A DNA stretch of 64,000 bases from positions 115,382,001 to 115,446,000 of the forward strand of contig NC_091985.1 in NCBI RefSeq assembly GCF_044704955.1, read 5' to 3'. The DNA comes from Pristiophorus japonicus. Its lineage: Eukaryota. This document shows positions 63,479 to 64,000 of this stretch, one piece after another (the first letter of the stretch is position 1; each line of letters starts with the position of its first letter). Both the position numbers and the translations under genes were made by a program. The notes beneath the pieces were generated by a model that worked only from the letters and a program-made list of their open reading frames with translations, did no database searches and was not told where the DNA came from.

Positions 63479-64000
63479 CATTTGCCTCTCTGACAGGCTT
63501 CAATGAATGGGTCTGTATTGTTATTATTAAATGTATTTTTGTGCACCTAGTTGATAACTATCAATACACTTATATCTGTGTGTTATTTATAATGCATTTG
63601 TGCGTATCTGTTTATTAGTTATAATTTATTTGGTTTTACCTGTGAGTTTATGAAGGTATTTATCTGTGTGTTCTTGATCAGTGCATTTGTGAATCTTTCA
63701 ATTGTAAATGTAATTGGCTGAAGCTTCTTTATCAATTTAGATCAACAGAGATGCCCCAATACAATTTTAGGTAAAATAAATATATCCAAATCTATAAACA
63801 GCAACATAGCTAAAAAAATATATTTGATATATAACACAACATCTCACAAAGATATTTGTATCTAACACAGATGCACCCAAATATATTTACAACTTTCAAA
63901 GATAGTTTTGATTTTCTTATTCTCGAGATGTGAGCTTCGCTGTTAAGGCTGGGATTTATTGCCGAGTTACTTTGAGAAGGTGGTGGAGAGCCTTCTTCTT

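Overview
Eukaryotic vertebrate DNA, most likely a shark or other cartilaginous fish (inferred from the CR1/HER1-type LINEs, DeuSINE/SacSINE1-like SINEs and histone sequence style). Most of the window is nested, decayed transposable elements: CR1, L2, RTE and Penelope retroposons, PIF/Harbinger DNA transposons, two non-autonomous Gypsy elements and a solo LTR. The only host genes are a small replication-dependent histone group at 33.3-39.3 kb: an H2A pseudogene, H3, H4 and H1, each with a 3' stem-loop; no H2B was found. Highlights: (1) a complete-layout 7.9-kb provirus (22875-30792) with a tRNA-Ser PBS, in-frame gag-TAG-pol and an F-protein-type env, resembling lokiretroviruses; (2) a Gypsy element containing a ~42-nt copy of its primer tRNA-Ser(GCT), with a substitution exactly at A58, fused into pol; (3) a class III (ERV-L-like) provirus with a miniature env remnant; (4) a duplication of the H1-flanking block ~40 kb apart, with paired empty and filled insertion sites; (5) non-canonical residues in the intact histones. 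All identifications are by eye, with no database search; boundaries of decayed repeats are approximate.
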